From an uncultured archaeon (GTDB lineage: Archaea; Asgardarchaeota; Thorarchaeia; Thorarchaeales; Thorarchaeaceae), in assembly GCA_964590575.1 (NCBI GenBank), contig CAZPWM010000001.1, positions 8,832 to 72,831 of the forward strand: 64,000 nt of DNA. The letters are read 5' to 3'. Made by a program: the position numbers and the translations under genes. This document shows, piece after piece, positions 39,373 through 48,747 of this stretch (positions within the stretch are counted from its first letter, which is position 1; the number at the start of each line of letters is the position of its first letter). The notes beneath the pieces were generated by a model that was given only the letters and a program-made list of their open reading frames with translations, was not told the DNA's origin and did no database searches.

Positions 39373-39642
39373 ATGGAATTTTGTGAGAAATGCGGAGCCC
39401 TCATGTTTCCTAAAAAAGAGGAAGGAAAAAAGACAATCATATTGAAGTGTCGAGAATGCGGGCATGAAAAATCAGTTCGTTCTCCTCCTGATTACAAAGT
39501 AGAACATCGAATAAAACACACTCCTCGTGAGAAGATTGTTATCGTTGAAGAGGATTCAAAACATATGTCGGAGATGACTGAGGATGAACGTCGTGAAAGA
39601 CGTAAAGAAATACTGGAATACTACGAGTCGGAAGATGAATGA
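39373..39642 (+). CDS. Zinc-ribbon protein with charged C-terminal tail (Elf1-like / TFS-RPB9 N-ribbon-like)
   Basis: CEKCG...(19 aa)...[10 protein letters not shown]; acidic/basic tail; 89 aa. Confidence 0.55.
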   Translation: MEFCEKCGALMFPKKEEGKKTIILKCRECGHEKSVRSPPDYKVEHRIKHTPREKIVIVEEDSKHMSEMTEDERRERRKEILEYYESEDE

Positions 39643-39746
39643 GTATCTTCGGGTAACCTTAATATCCCTTCACATGGTCAGTTTACATGCCTATCATTAT
39701 CGGCCGTCTGAACACTGACTAATTTTACAATCCGATTTTTCACGGA

Positions 39747-40649
39747 TTGTATACTCATAAAATGGAGGACCTGAACAAGATGGGAACTAATCTTCATTAT
39801 AATCATCATAATTACCTGTTGAAAAATGGAAACATTGCAGATAAGCTGCGCCTTGCAGCTAGTTGGACTGACCTTTCTGAAGGGCAACTAACAGAACTGA
39901 TGCATGAAGTAACTCGAGTTCAGAACAAAGATGGCGGGATACCATTTGGTGTACAGCCAGGAAATCCAAGTTCCGTGAAAGAAACTGCAGAGGTATTGGC
40001 TCTAATATCTAGATACAAATCTCAGTGGGGTAAAATCCTCGATGAAATGGTCAAGTTTCTTATCTCGCGGCAAAAGAATGATGGAGGATTCAGTGAAACC
40101 CTGAATTTGGACCCCTATATTGAAGATAAATGGGGTGGTATTGGGCGAGATTGGTATCCTGTGGCTAAGAGTTTAACATGGCTAACAGGGAAAGCACTCG
40201 AAGCATTATGTCTTGCAGAATATCATGATGAAGAAAGACTAAGAAGAGCCAGAGACTTCCTCCTTTACAACCAGTATGAAGATGGTCACTGGCCTGATTT
40301 TATTGGCCGTGAAGTATCAGATCCACTTGCGACCGGTAATATTTTGCTCGCGCTAGAAGCAGTAGGGATTAATTCCAATAACAAAGTTTACCAAGATGGT
40401 CGGACTGCTCTTCTTCAGCATTTGAAAGACTCTGTTGAGAATAAATCAACATTTGACATGGTAGATTTGACTGCTGTAGGAAAACCTAATTCCAATCTTG
40501 AGAAAGAGGTCATCCGCAATGGAGTAGAACTCATAATCCAAAGCCAAAATGAAGATGGTGGTTGGGCTCCACTTGGGTCTAAGAAGAGTGATCCTGAATT
40601 GAGTTCCATACTCGCATTCGTCGCATCGAAGTTAAACAAGTATGCATAA
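39747..40649 (+). CDS. Prenyltransferase/squalene-cyclase (alpha-alpha toroid) repeat protein
   Basis: Repeated QxxDGG(I/F/W) units: QNKDGGIPFG, QKNDGGFSE, YEDGHWPD, QNEDGGWAP. Confidence 0.65.
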   Translation: MYTHKMEDLNKMGTNLHYNHHNYLLKNGNIADKLRLAASWTDLSEGQLTELMHEVTRVQNKDGGIPFGVQPGNPSSVKETAEVLALISRYKSQWGKILDEMVKFLISRQKNDGGFSETLNLDPYIEDKWGGIGRDWYPVAKSLTWLTGKALEALCLAEYHDEERLRRARDFLLYNQYEDGHWPDFIGREVSDPLATGNILLALEAVGINSNNKVYQDGRTALLQHLKDSVENKSTFDMVDLTAVGKPNSNLEKEVIRNGVELIIQSQNEDGGWAPLGSKKSDPELSSILAFVASKLNKYA

Positions 40650-41205
40650 CAAACGAGGTGACCAAGTGGTAGAGAAAGTTCTTGCGCTACTCGAGAAAGA
40701 CGAAAAATATCTCGCTGGTGTATTTACCTCTGAAGGGCTCTACACTAGTTCTCTCCCATATGCTAAAAAATCGGATGCAATCAAAGGTGTGAATGGACAT
40801 TCCCTTCGTAGAGATGACAGTGATGAAAATCTAGCAGTTCTTGAAACAGTCTATGCCATCCATGAGGGGGTTAGAGATGCAGCTATAGACGAAATCAAGT
40901 TAGATTTCTCTGGGTTCACACCTAAGCAGGTATCTGTTCTCAAGATTGTATTGACAATTCCATTTGGTTCAACCTTGACTTATGGATCTGTTGCAGAAAA
41001 AGCAGGACTGCCTAATGCTGCTAGATTTGTTGGGAATGTAATGCGTATCAATCGACTTGGACCCGTAATTCCATGTCATCGCGTTGTTTCATCAACTGGT
41101 CTTGGAGGTTATACAGGTGGTATAGACAAGAAGATTGATTTACTAGCACGTGAGGGAGTCATTCGCGGAGACTTTTCACAGAAGGCTTTACATAGGATTC
41201 CGTAA
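40642..41205 (+). CDS. ogt: Methylated-DNA-protein-cysteine methyltransferase (Ogt/MGMT) family
   Basis: IPCHRVV active-site motif with Cys retained, preceding helix-turn-helix. Confidence 0.75.
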   Translation: MHNKRGDQVVEKVLALLEKDEKYLAGVFTSEGLYTSSLPYAKKSDAIKGVNGHSLRRDDSDENLAVLETVYAIHEGVRDAAIDEIKLDFSGFTPKQVSVLKIVLTIPFGSTLTYGSVAEKAGLPNAARFVGNVMRINRLGPVIPCHRVVSSTGLGGYTGGIDKKIDLLAREGVIRGDFSQKALHRIP

Positions 41206-41245
41206 TTTCCGAAGTGGACCCCTTCGGTTTGGATGCGTGTACCTT

Positions 41246-41722
41246 ATGAACTTGAAAGTACGAAGAAACGGGGACATCGTTGAGTTACGTAAGGTAGAAC
41301 TTGAAACCTTGAGCCCTCCATTATTCAGGACGCTCATCGGTTATAATTCACTGAAGCGTCTTGGTTACTCAATTTCATTTATCCGTCCTAAGAAGAGCTC
41401 GAGCGGCGACTTTGAAAGGATTCGATACAACTTCATCGAGCGAGGAATTATGACCCGCCAACTTGAGGGTGAACTTGAACCCGATATGAAACGTGGCATT
41501 CTCAATCAACTACCTCGCGGAAATTTCTCAATTATTCTTCTGCTGACTCAAGTTCCACGAAGAGGTGTAAACATCAGACTCGATAAATTCGAGTATGAAT
41601 TCCTCGGCTGCATTCTCATGAGAAATGATGAAACCCTTGATGTTGTGATGAATATTACACCCACGAGAGATATTCTAATGCCGATGTATGATAGAGATGA
41701 AATCATGACGGAAAGTGCGTGA
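41246..41722 (+). CDS. Hypothetical protein (start trimmed to internal Met)
   Basis: ORF-track 41150 start overlaps ogt 3' end with arginine-rich low-quality segment. Confidence 0.4.
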   Translation: MNLKVRRNGDIVELRKVELETLSPPLFRTLIGYNSLKRLGYSISFIRPKKSSSGDFERIRYNFIERGIMTRQLEGELEPDMKRGILNQLPRGNFSIILLLTQVPRRGVNIRLDKFEYEFLGCILMRNDETLDVVMNITPTRDILMPMYDRDEIMTESA

Positions 41723-41902
41723 GTCTATATCTTACTCGTGAAAGGAGTTGATTTTTCCTCCAACTGCTTGAGTTCCAGCCGTTTCTTTCTGGCTTGGTAT
41801 CCTGCGAGTCCTGCTCTCCCTGCTAGAATAACAACTGGGACTACCCACCAAATGATGATGTAAGTAAAATCGTACTGCATTCTGTTTCATCCCAATACAA
41901 AA

Positions 41903-43681
41903 ATGAATGAAATTAAGGATGTCGCAAGACGCAGTATTTACTTATCTTTATCAAGAACGTACGACCTATACAATTCAGAGAGGAAATCCTACTTGCCTAG
42001 AAGTGTGAGAGAAGTCCCAAAAGAGATTGCTGCATTTGGAGAGCGCCAGTTCAAGGATTCTGGTGCAGCCGCAGTTGAAGTTCTTCGAGTAAAAGCAGCT
42101 GTGATGAGAAAGCACTTTCGTCAATTGAAAGGGATCACATTTCTCGTGGCTGTTGTAGCACGTGATCGGGTTCGAATCTATTTCTTCAACGCTGCTGGAG
42201 TCATGCTTGTGGGTGAGAATGTAGAGGTACCAGTATACCAAAAAGTTCGTGCAAGTTCCAAGCTCATCGCAAAGTATGAGAAACCAAGAGAGCTCACTCC
42301 TGAGGAGCAACGCATTGAAGCAACACAGGAGCTTAGAGAATCGTTAGTCAAAGCTATTCGTCGTGTGACTCGTTTTCTAAATGTAGCTCCGCCAACATTC
42401 CCAGATATTTTCGTCACTCGAACAAGCTCTGAAGAATCCAGCCAAAGTTTTGGGCTTCAGTTAACAGATGATAGGGAATACCTTTTCGAAGAATCCGCAC
42501 TAAAGACAAAATGGGTTGATGGACTCATTACTCGGACAGCGTTTCTTGTGCATCTTGAATCTGCACACTCAAAGACTCATATTGCTTCCTTAGTTGGCAA
42601 TGGGATTGCACTGGCTCTATTGAAGGATCCTGCAAAAAAGGGATTCCGTGAATTCTGGTTGAAAATCAGCAAAGATACAGAATGGTCTCCTCTAGTGAAT
42701 CACATGATCAAGCATTCGGATTGCTATGCGGGTAATGGGTTTGTTAGACTCTATTCACTTCTTCAACAAATATCTTCTTCTAGCTCAGTTGATGATTGGA
42801 TCCTCCCATTCAGAGTAATTCACGATAGTGCGAGGGTCTCAATAGGAACTGAAGAATACCATACAATTCAGGGGTTCTGCAAGACTCTATCAAACCCTCG
42901 AAAATTGAATTCTCGAAAACACAGTCTTGAATCTATTCACATGGCTCCTCGTGTTATTTGCGATCCCACTCCTTTGAACACTCAAATCTTCATCTCCCAT
43001 GGGTCCCCCTCAGATGAAGACTGGGCAACTGTGTCATTCATTGATGGCTCAGAAGTTAAGACACTCAGAATAGGCCCAGCAGATGAATCACGTGTAACAA
43101 CAATAGAATATTGGATGAATCTTGAGGATGTCTACCCTACATCTGGGGGATTGATCTCTCATGGCAAGAATGTTCTCCAGCGAGCTCTAGCAACTCTTGG
43201 GATCGAAACCACTCCTTCTGGGACATTTGAGGCAGCCATTGAATTCTCAGACTCCGTTTTAACCGCTAATGAGAAAGCTGTCCTTGAACGTTTGATTCTT
43301 GGAAAGTCTGATGTATTGTCGAATACATTGGTTGGCTCACCCCAGATAATTGACAAGCTACTTGCTAAAGGGAAAATCATGTTCCTGCCAAGCTTCAACC
43401 ATATTGGAGTGGATTCGGATTATCTATTGAGAGGGCCAACTGATTTAGTGAGGCAAATTGTAAGACAAAATTGCGTTGAGGCTACTCTCTTCAATAACAC
43501 TGCAGAGTCATTTGCTGTGGTTTCTGCCCCTCCAACTTGGAGAGATGGACTTCTTGAATCCACTGTCAAGGAAGGTGTGTCCATCTGGTCCATCATATCG
43601 ACCACCTCGAATAGAAATATTCTGCGTTGTGAGGATTCGTTTCCAAAACAAGTTGTGACCTGGTCTGATGGTGTCACTTGA
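41903..43681 (+). CDS. Large hypothetical protein (592 aa)
   Basis: Long ORF, no motif recognised. Confidence 0.5.
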   Translation: MNEIKDVARRSIYLSLSRTYDLYNSERKSYLPRSVREVPKEIAAFGERQFKDSGAAAVEVLRVKAAVMRKHFRQLKGITFLVAVVARDRVRIYFFNAAGVMLVGENVEVPVYQKVRASSKLIAKYEKPRELTPEEQRIEATQELRESLVKAIRRVTRFLNVAPPTFPDIFVTRTSSEESSQSFGLQLTDDREYLFEESALKTKWVDGLITRTAFLVHLESAHSKTHIASLVGNGIALALLKDPAKKGFREFWLKISKDTEWSPLVNHMIKHSDCYAGNGFVRLYSLLQQISSSSSVDDWILPFRVIHDSARVSIGTEEYHTIQGFCKTLSNPRKLNSRKHSLESIHMAPRVICDPTPLNTQIFISHGSPSDEDWATVSFIDGSEVKTLRIGPADESRVTTIEYWMNLEDVYPTSGGLISHGKNVLQRALATLGIETTPSGTFEAAIEFSDSVLTANEKAVLERLILGKSDVLSNTLVGSPQIIDKLLAKGKIMFLPSFNHIGVDSDYLLRGPTDLVRQIVRQNCVEATLFNNTAESFAVVSAPPTWRDGLLESTVKEGVSIWSIISTTSNRNILRCEDSFPKQVVTWSDGVT

Positions 43682-45365
43682 TTTTCTTTATTATAGTGCC
43701 AATTGCTCGAGTGTTGGCCTCTCTCAGAACAATCTTGTCTCCTACATTCAAAGCCTCAGGCGAGATCATGAACTCAAGTCGCACTCGAGCAAAATCACCA
43801 ACACTTAGATAATCTGCATCATAGATTTTCTTGAGGACCACCGTCTGTTGTATTGTGTGTGCTTGTAGGACTGGTGCATAGCCTACGGAGATTTTCGTTG
43901 GATGCCGTGTGACAATGATGTTCGCTTCGAAAGTTCTACAACTTCCGGATTCTATGTCCGGGTCTGTAATCATCTGACCTCTTCGAACAAGATGTTTGTC
44001 TACGTCTTTGATATCAAAGCCAAAGAGATCCCCTGCCTTCACCATTCCAATTCGTTTCTTGAACATCTCAATACTGAACAGTCGCCCCTCTTGGAACTGG
44101 TTACCACCATCTGGTCCTATTCTTAGTGCCTGACCCTTCTTGAACATGCCTGACTTGACTGTCCCCGTGACAACTACATTTGCTCCCTTTATTCCTCGAT
44201 ACACTTTGTCAACATATGCTCGTGCAGGATCACTCAGACCGATATGATTAGAGTTTACAGGGAGTGATTTGAGAAGGTTTGTCAAAAGTTCTAATGATTT
44301 CGACTCCAGAGCTGAGATTAGAAATATGGGCACTATCACTTCGTTACTGAGTTCTCTTACAATCGGAGGTATTTCATCACTTGTTCTAACCGTGACTGGT
44401 ATTCGTCCTACTTCTTTGAGACTATTTCTAACTACATTCACTACAAGTTCTAGATCTTGAGGACTAGTTTTATCTGTCTTTGAAATCATAACGATAAAAG
44501 GCGCGCCTTGATTGGCCATCAATATCATATGCTCTCGAGTTATCTCATCAAGTCTTGGAACACCATAGTTCAGCTCTTCTTGCCTGATTAGATATGCTTC
44601 TTCCGGACCCGGAATTAGAACAAGTCCATATTGTGCATCAGCTCCAAGGATTGATCTTATCATTGTCTTGCTGTATTCTTTGTGACCTGGTGCATCGAAG
44701 AATGTGATTATCTTCACGGATTGATCTAGAACTCTAGCTGAGTCTTCCTTGTTCAATGGATTCTCAGGATATACTGTGTTGCCTTCTTCATCAAATCCCA
44801 TGAATGCAAGGTGAATATCTGCAGTTTGTCCCCTTGTAATTTCCTGCGGATGTGTGAGGAGGAATGATCTCGCGCTTCCACTACCATTGTCAGGGCGTCC
44901 CGTAACTAGAGCCCCAATCAAACTAGATTTTCCTGAGTTGACTCTACCCGCAACATTGATTGAACAAGTTTCTTTTATTTCCGGTATTGCAAGTCGTTTC
45001 AGAAGATAAGACCCGACCATCCCCTGCAGTGTTTCAATCTGCTCCTCTTCAACAATCTCAACTGATGCTTCTTCGCACAGCTCAGCAAGAATCCTCTCCG
45101 ACGTTTTCAAAGCATTCTCCGATATTCCGTGTACTTGCCACTCCTTCCCTCCGATATCCTCAATACCAATGAGAAAAAGTCCCTCAAATGGACTCTCACA
45201 TGTCATATAGCGAATCCGCGTGACTAACTTCTGTTTCCTCTCAGTCTTGAGGTCTGCTCGAGTGAGTTTCCTCTTGAACTCTGTACTTCGATTCTCTCCT
45301 TTCATCAGGATTTTGAGAATCTCATCAGGCGTTGTCATTTGGTGTACTCCATGTCTTCTCTTCAT
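43674..45365 (-). CDS. EF-Tu-like translational GTPase of GTPBP1 family
   Basis: AGRVNSGKSS (G1), DAPGH (G3), SKTD (G4), C-terminal beta-barrel domains II/III, ~130-aa N-terminal extension. Confidence 0.75.
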   Translation of the reverse strand: MKRRHGVHQMTTPDEILKILMKGENRSTEFKRKLTRADLKTERKQKLVTRIRYMTCESPFEGLFLIGIEDIGGKEWQVHGISENALKTSERILAELCEEASVEIVEEEQIETLQGMVGSYLLKRLAIPEIKETCSINVAGRVNSGKSSLIGALVTGRPDNGSGSARSFLLTHPQEITRGQTADIHLAFMGFDEEGNTVYPENPLNKEDSARVLDQSVKIITFFDAPGHKEYSKTMIRSILGADAQYGLVLIPGPEEAYLIRQEELNYGVPRLDEITREHMILMANQGAPFIVMISKTDKTSPQDLELVVNVVRNSLKEVGRIPVTVRTSDEIPPIVRELSNEVIVPIFLISALESKSLELLTNLLKSLPVNSNHIGLSDPARAYVDKVYRGIKGANVVVTGTVKSGMFKKGQALRIGPDGGNQFQEGRLFSIEMFKKRIGMVKAGDLFGFDIKDVDKHLVRRGQMITDPDIESGSCRTFEANIIVTRHPTKISVGYAPVLQAHTIQQTVVLKKIYDADYLSVGDFARVRLEFMISPEALNVGDKIVLREANTRAIGTIIKKIK

Positions 45366-45541
45366 TCTCTCTACTGGTTATAAGCCCTATCAACAAATGC
45401 TATTTTGCTTGAGTGAGTCCTTAACCAGAGAACACTTTTTTTCACAAGTATTTCTGCTCCTTGAAACTCTTTCGTGACAACACAAAAGCATATCAGTGAA
45501 ACGATAAGAACGTCATTAATACCCACCACAGAGGGACTCCT

Positions 45542-48500
45542 ATGTACAATAGATACTTCATTCTGGCAATCTTACTCGTACCCCTTTTTCTAACTCCCAC
45601 TTCTGTGGCTGCACGAGTGGAATTGAATTCCACATTCGGTTCAGACAGACCGCTGATTGAATCCCGCCTTAGAATGGAGGTTCAATCTTCACCAAATCCT
45701 ACAAGCGCTCTTCTTGAATTCAAGAGTCCTTTGTCATCTACTGAGATCCTTAGAGCTGAAAGTTTAGGAGTCACTTTCGTGAAGCGTGGATCCTCGATTG
45801 TCAACGTTGGCCGGATTTATTCTGTAGAGATAAACAATATCGTTTCTTTGGAAGCCCTATCTGAAATAGGTCTAATCAGAGCCACTTCTGGAAAAAAACA
45901 ATACATACCCGCTCTCTCATCCTCAGTGCCTGCGATTCGAGCTGATGATGTTTGGACGAATCTGAACAAGAACGGTGGGGCAGTCAATGGTTCCGGCGTA
46001 ACGGTTGCAGTTCTAGATACTGGCGCTCTTTGGACACATCCTAGCTTTTGGCGTGCATCACCCGGCGAGTACAAGACCATTAACAATGGGTCTGACTACT
46101 ATGTAGATCTGGATAATGACACGGTGCCAGATTCTACCGAAATTATTCGTTTTGTGGGTGGAGGCGGACCTGACTTTTCCTACGCATTTAACTACATGTA
46201 CATTAATGCAGATGGGATCGCAGGGTTTAGCTATGCATCTGGAGACCGCTGGATTGGTGGAATTGATGCAAATGATGATACGGTCATAACTTTGGGAGTT
46301 GAGAATGTAGTTCTCTTAGACGTATCAAAAGTCGCAGTTTTCTACGACCAAGAACACTCCAACGTGTATGTGAGAGATGTCAATCTCACTCAAGCGGTGT
46401 CCATTGGTGATTATGATGGTCATGGAACACATGTAGCTTCCACTATTGCCGGTGGTCAAGTTGGAATGACATCCTATGTCGGTGTTGCCCCTGGCGCAGA
46501 TTTGATAATTATCAGAAGTGTTCTCCAATCTGCTGACATCTTGGATGGTATAGCCTTTGCAATTGAGAATGATGCGGACATTATCAACATGTCTTTCTCT
46601 TCATATCTGGGATTTTTAGATGGGACTGATTTGGAAGACCTTGCGGTATCAGAAGCGTTCCTGAGGTATGGAGTATTGACAACTGCAGCTGCTGGAAATC
46701 TTGGTAATAAAAACAAACACGCTCGATTCTCTGCGGCACAAGGGTCTTCGGGTTCTGCTTTGATGAGAGTAGATGATGTTGTTATATCAAGAGCACCATT
46801 TCTGAGCTTGTTGTGGCACTCGTCAGACAATGATGAGCATGTTATACTAACACCACCCTCCGGTAATCCAATAGACCTTGGAGCCTTCTCATCTATTGCA
46901 CAGCAATCCTGGGCACTTGAAGATGAAAATCTTGCAGCCTATATTTTTGCGGATGTCAGTATACGAGGGCTCAACAATGTGATAATCCAAGTTTCCACAA
47001 ATGACCATATGTGGGCGAATGGTGTTTGGAATGTAACAGTCACTAATGGTTCGGGTGACCTCATTTGGATAGACGGATTCGCATGGGATGGACGGTGGGA
47101 AACAACCCACTTAACTTTCCAGACCGCTCTTGATTCAGGAAGAAGTATCAGTTCCCCTGCTACTGCTGATCTTGCAGTGGCAGTTACTGCCTACAGTGAA
47201 GTAAGTTCAGGAATTATGAGCGAATCTAGTAAGGGTCCCAGGGTTGATGGCTCTCCAAAACCAACTGTGGCTGCCCCTGGTGATAATATAGCTGCAGCTC
47301 TGGCTAGTCTTACTAGCCTATGGACTTCAAAGGATGGGACCAGTATGGCCTCGCCGCACGTTGCGGGAGTGCTAGCACTTATTCGCCAAGCCTCAGGCAA
47401 GAACTCTGCATGGTTGGACTACTCTGCCTTGGTCAATGGTGCTGGAGGTCAGGCTTCACATTATGAAACAGCCTCGCCCTCATGGGGCCATGGTCTCACT
47501 GATGCTCTGTGGTCAGTTGTTCAAGTTTTAGATTCTCCAGGTATGGATGGTTCTACAATGTCCGATTGGTACGGTGTGAGTGAACTATTCGGAGATGCAA
47601 CAAATCTCTCAGTCAATGGAGGACATGATATCATTTCTGCCAAGTCATTCTTGGACAATGATACTATTGGAATAGCAATAACCATGAGGGCCGCACCTGA
47701 TTTACAGGGTACGGATGTTCTCAGCATTGAGTGGGATAATGATTCAAATGTGGGTACTGGGAGGAACGGAGCTGACATCGTTGTCAATATTACTGGAGGG
47801 TCTGCAGATGTCTATGAATGGAATGGTAGTTCCTATGTAGCTTCATCTCTAGTTTCACAATGGTGGACTGATTCGACAGCAGTGATCCTTCGGCTTGATG
47901 GTATTACTCCTGGCGTTCGTGGAATTATATCTATGAGTACACATAACTCTACGATGAGCAATATCGACCAAGCTGGTCCTGGGACGCTCACTGATATGTT
48001 GCCCCCTGTCATGGAAGACCTCTGGATGCAGTTTAATGATGGTTCAATGATTATTCACCTAGCCACGAGAGATCGCGACACTTCACAAGAACTTCGAAAC
48101 ATTGCGTGGAGTGTTGTCAACGGGCCTCTTGCAACTCTCAACTCATCATCACGAGTAGGAGAAAGCGATTACATAATCACTGTTCCTGAGAATCTGATTA
48201 CTTCTGATTATCTCAATAGCCTTTCATTGAATATCACATCAGAGAGCTTTACTCTTATCTTACCACTCGTTTTGCTTTCAACCCAAATCGGTCCACAACT
48301 AGTGTTTTCAATCGCTACGCTCAACCAAGATGTTGTTCGAGTTGGATTCCTGTTGAATGATTTAATTGCTGGCGAATTGGTGTTGGAGGGTTTTACTCTC
48401 GCTTCCTTGGTCTACGTAGCATTCCATTCTGAATCTGGGTCTTGGCTCAATTTCACTCTTTCAAGTAGTACTGGTCATTACGACTTTGAGATATCCCCCT

Positions 48501-48691
48501 CATACTTCCAACTAGGGTCACATGAGGTATACGCAATCGCTATAGGGCAGGTAGTACCTGGAACATCTCTGAATTTCGCCACTCTAACAGTGGTACAGGA
48601 TTACACTGTGCTAGCTGTAGGGGCTGCAATCCTTATCGTGGGTTGTGGTATAATTGTGATTATGCGAAGACGTAGAGGTGACATAGGCTGA
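45542..48691 (+). CDS. Subtilisin-like (S8) serine protease, secreted/surface-anchored (1049 aa)
   Basis: Signal peptide; VAVLDTGA (Asp), HGTHVASTIAGG (His), AAGNLGN (Asn), GTSMASPHVAGVLALI (Ser); C-terminal TM plus RRRRG. Confidence 0.85.
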   Translation: MYNRYFILAILLVPLFLTPTSVAARVELNSTFGSDRPLIESRLRMEVQSSPNPTSALLEFKSPLSSTEILRAESLGVTFVKRGSSIVNVGRIYSVEINNIVSLEALSEIGLIRATSGKKQYIPALSSSVPAIRADDVWTNLNKNGGAVNGSGVTVAVLDTGALWTHPSFWRASPGEYKTINNGSDYYVDLDNDTVPDSTEIIRFVGGGGPDFSYAFNYMYINADGIAGFSYASGDRWIGGIDANDDTVITLGVENVVLLDVSKVAVFYDQEHSNVYVRDVNLTQAVSIGDYDGHGTHVASTIAGGQVGMTSYVGVAPGADLIIIRSVLQSADILDGIAFAIENDADIINMSFSSYLGFLDGTDLEDLAVSEAFLRYGVLTTAAAGNLGNKNKHARFSAAQGSSGSALMRVDDVVISRAPFLSLLWHSSDNDEHVILTPPSGNPIDLGAFSSIAQQSWALEDENLAAYIFADVSIRGLNNVIIQVSTNDHMWANGVWNVTVTNGSGDLIWIDGFAWDGRWETTHLTFQTALDSGRSISSPATADLAVAVTAYSEVSSGIMSESSKGPRVDGSPKPTVAAPGDNIAAALASLTSLWTSKDGTSMASPHVAGVLALIRQASGKNSAWLDYSALVNGAGGQASHYETASPSWGHGLTDALWSVVQVLDSPGMDGSTMSDWYGVSELFGDATNLSVNGGHDIISAKSFLDNDTIGIAITMRAAPDLQGTDVLSIEWDNDSNVGTGRNGADIVVNITGGSADVYEWNGSSYVASSLVSQWWTDSTAVILRLDGITPGVRGIISMSTHNSTMSNIDQAGPGTLTDMLPPVMEDLWMQFNDGSMIIHLATRDRDTSQELRNIAWSVVNGPLATLNSSSRVGESDYIITVPENLITSDYLNSLSLNITSESFTLILPLVLLSTQIGPQLVFSIATLNQDVVRVGFLLNDLIAGELVLEGFTLASLVYVAFHSESGSWLNFTLSSSTGHYDFEISPSYFQLGSHEVYAIAIGQVVPGTSLNFATLTVVQDYTVLAVGAAILIVGCGIIVIMRRRRGDIG

Positions 48692-48747
48692 AGATCATAA
48701 TCATCGGATATGGTCCTGGTGGTGCTGCAGCTGCAGTCGCTGCTCGG

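Noticed and set aside
42150-42185. tRNA T-arm-like GGGTTCGAATC motif
   Set aside because: It lies inside a long ORF with good coding periodicity. The flanking sequence cannot form an acceptor stem or D/anticodon arms.
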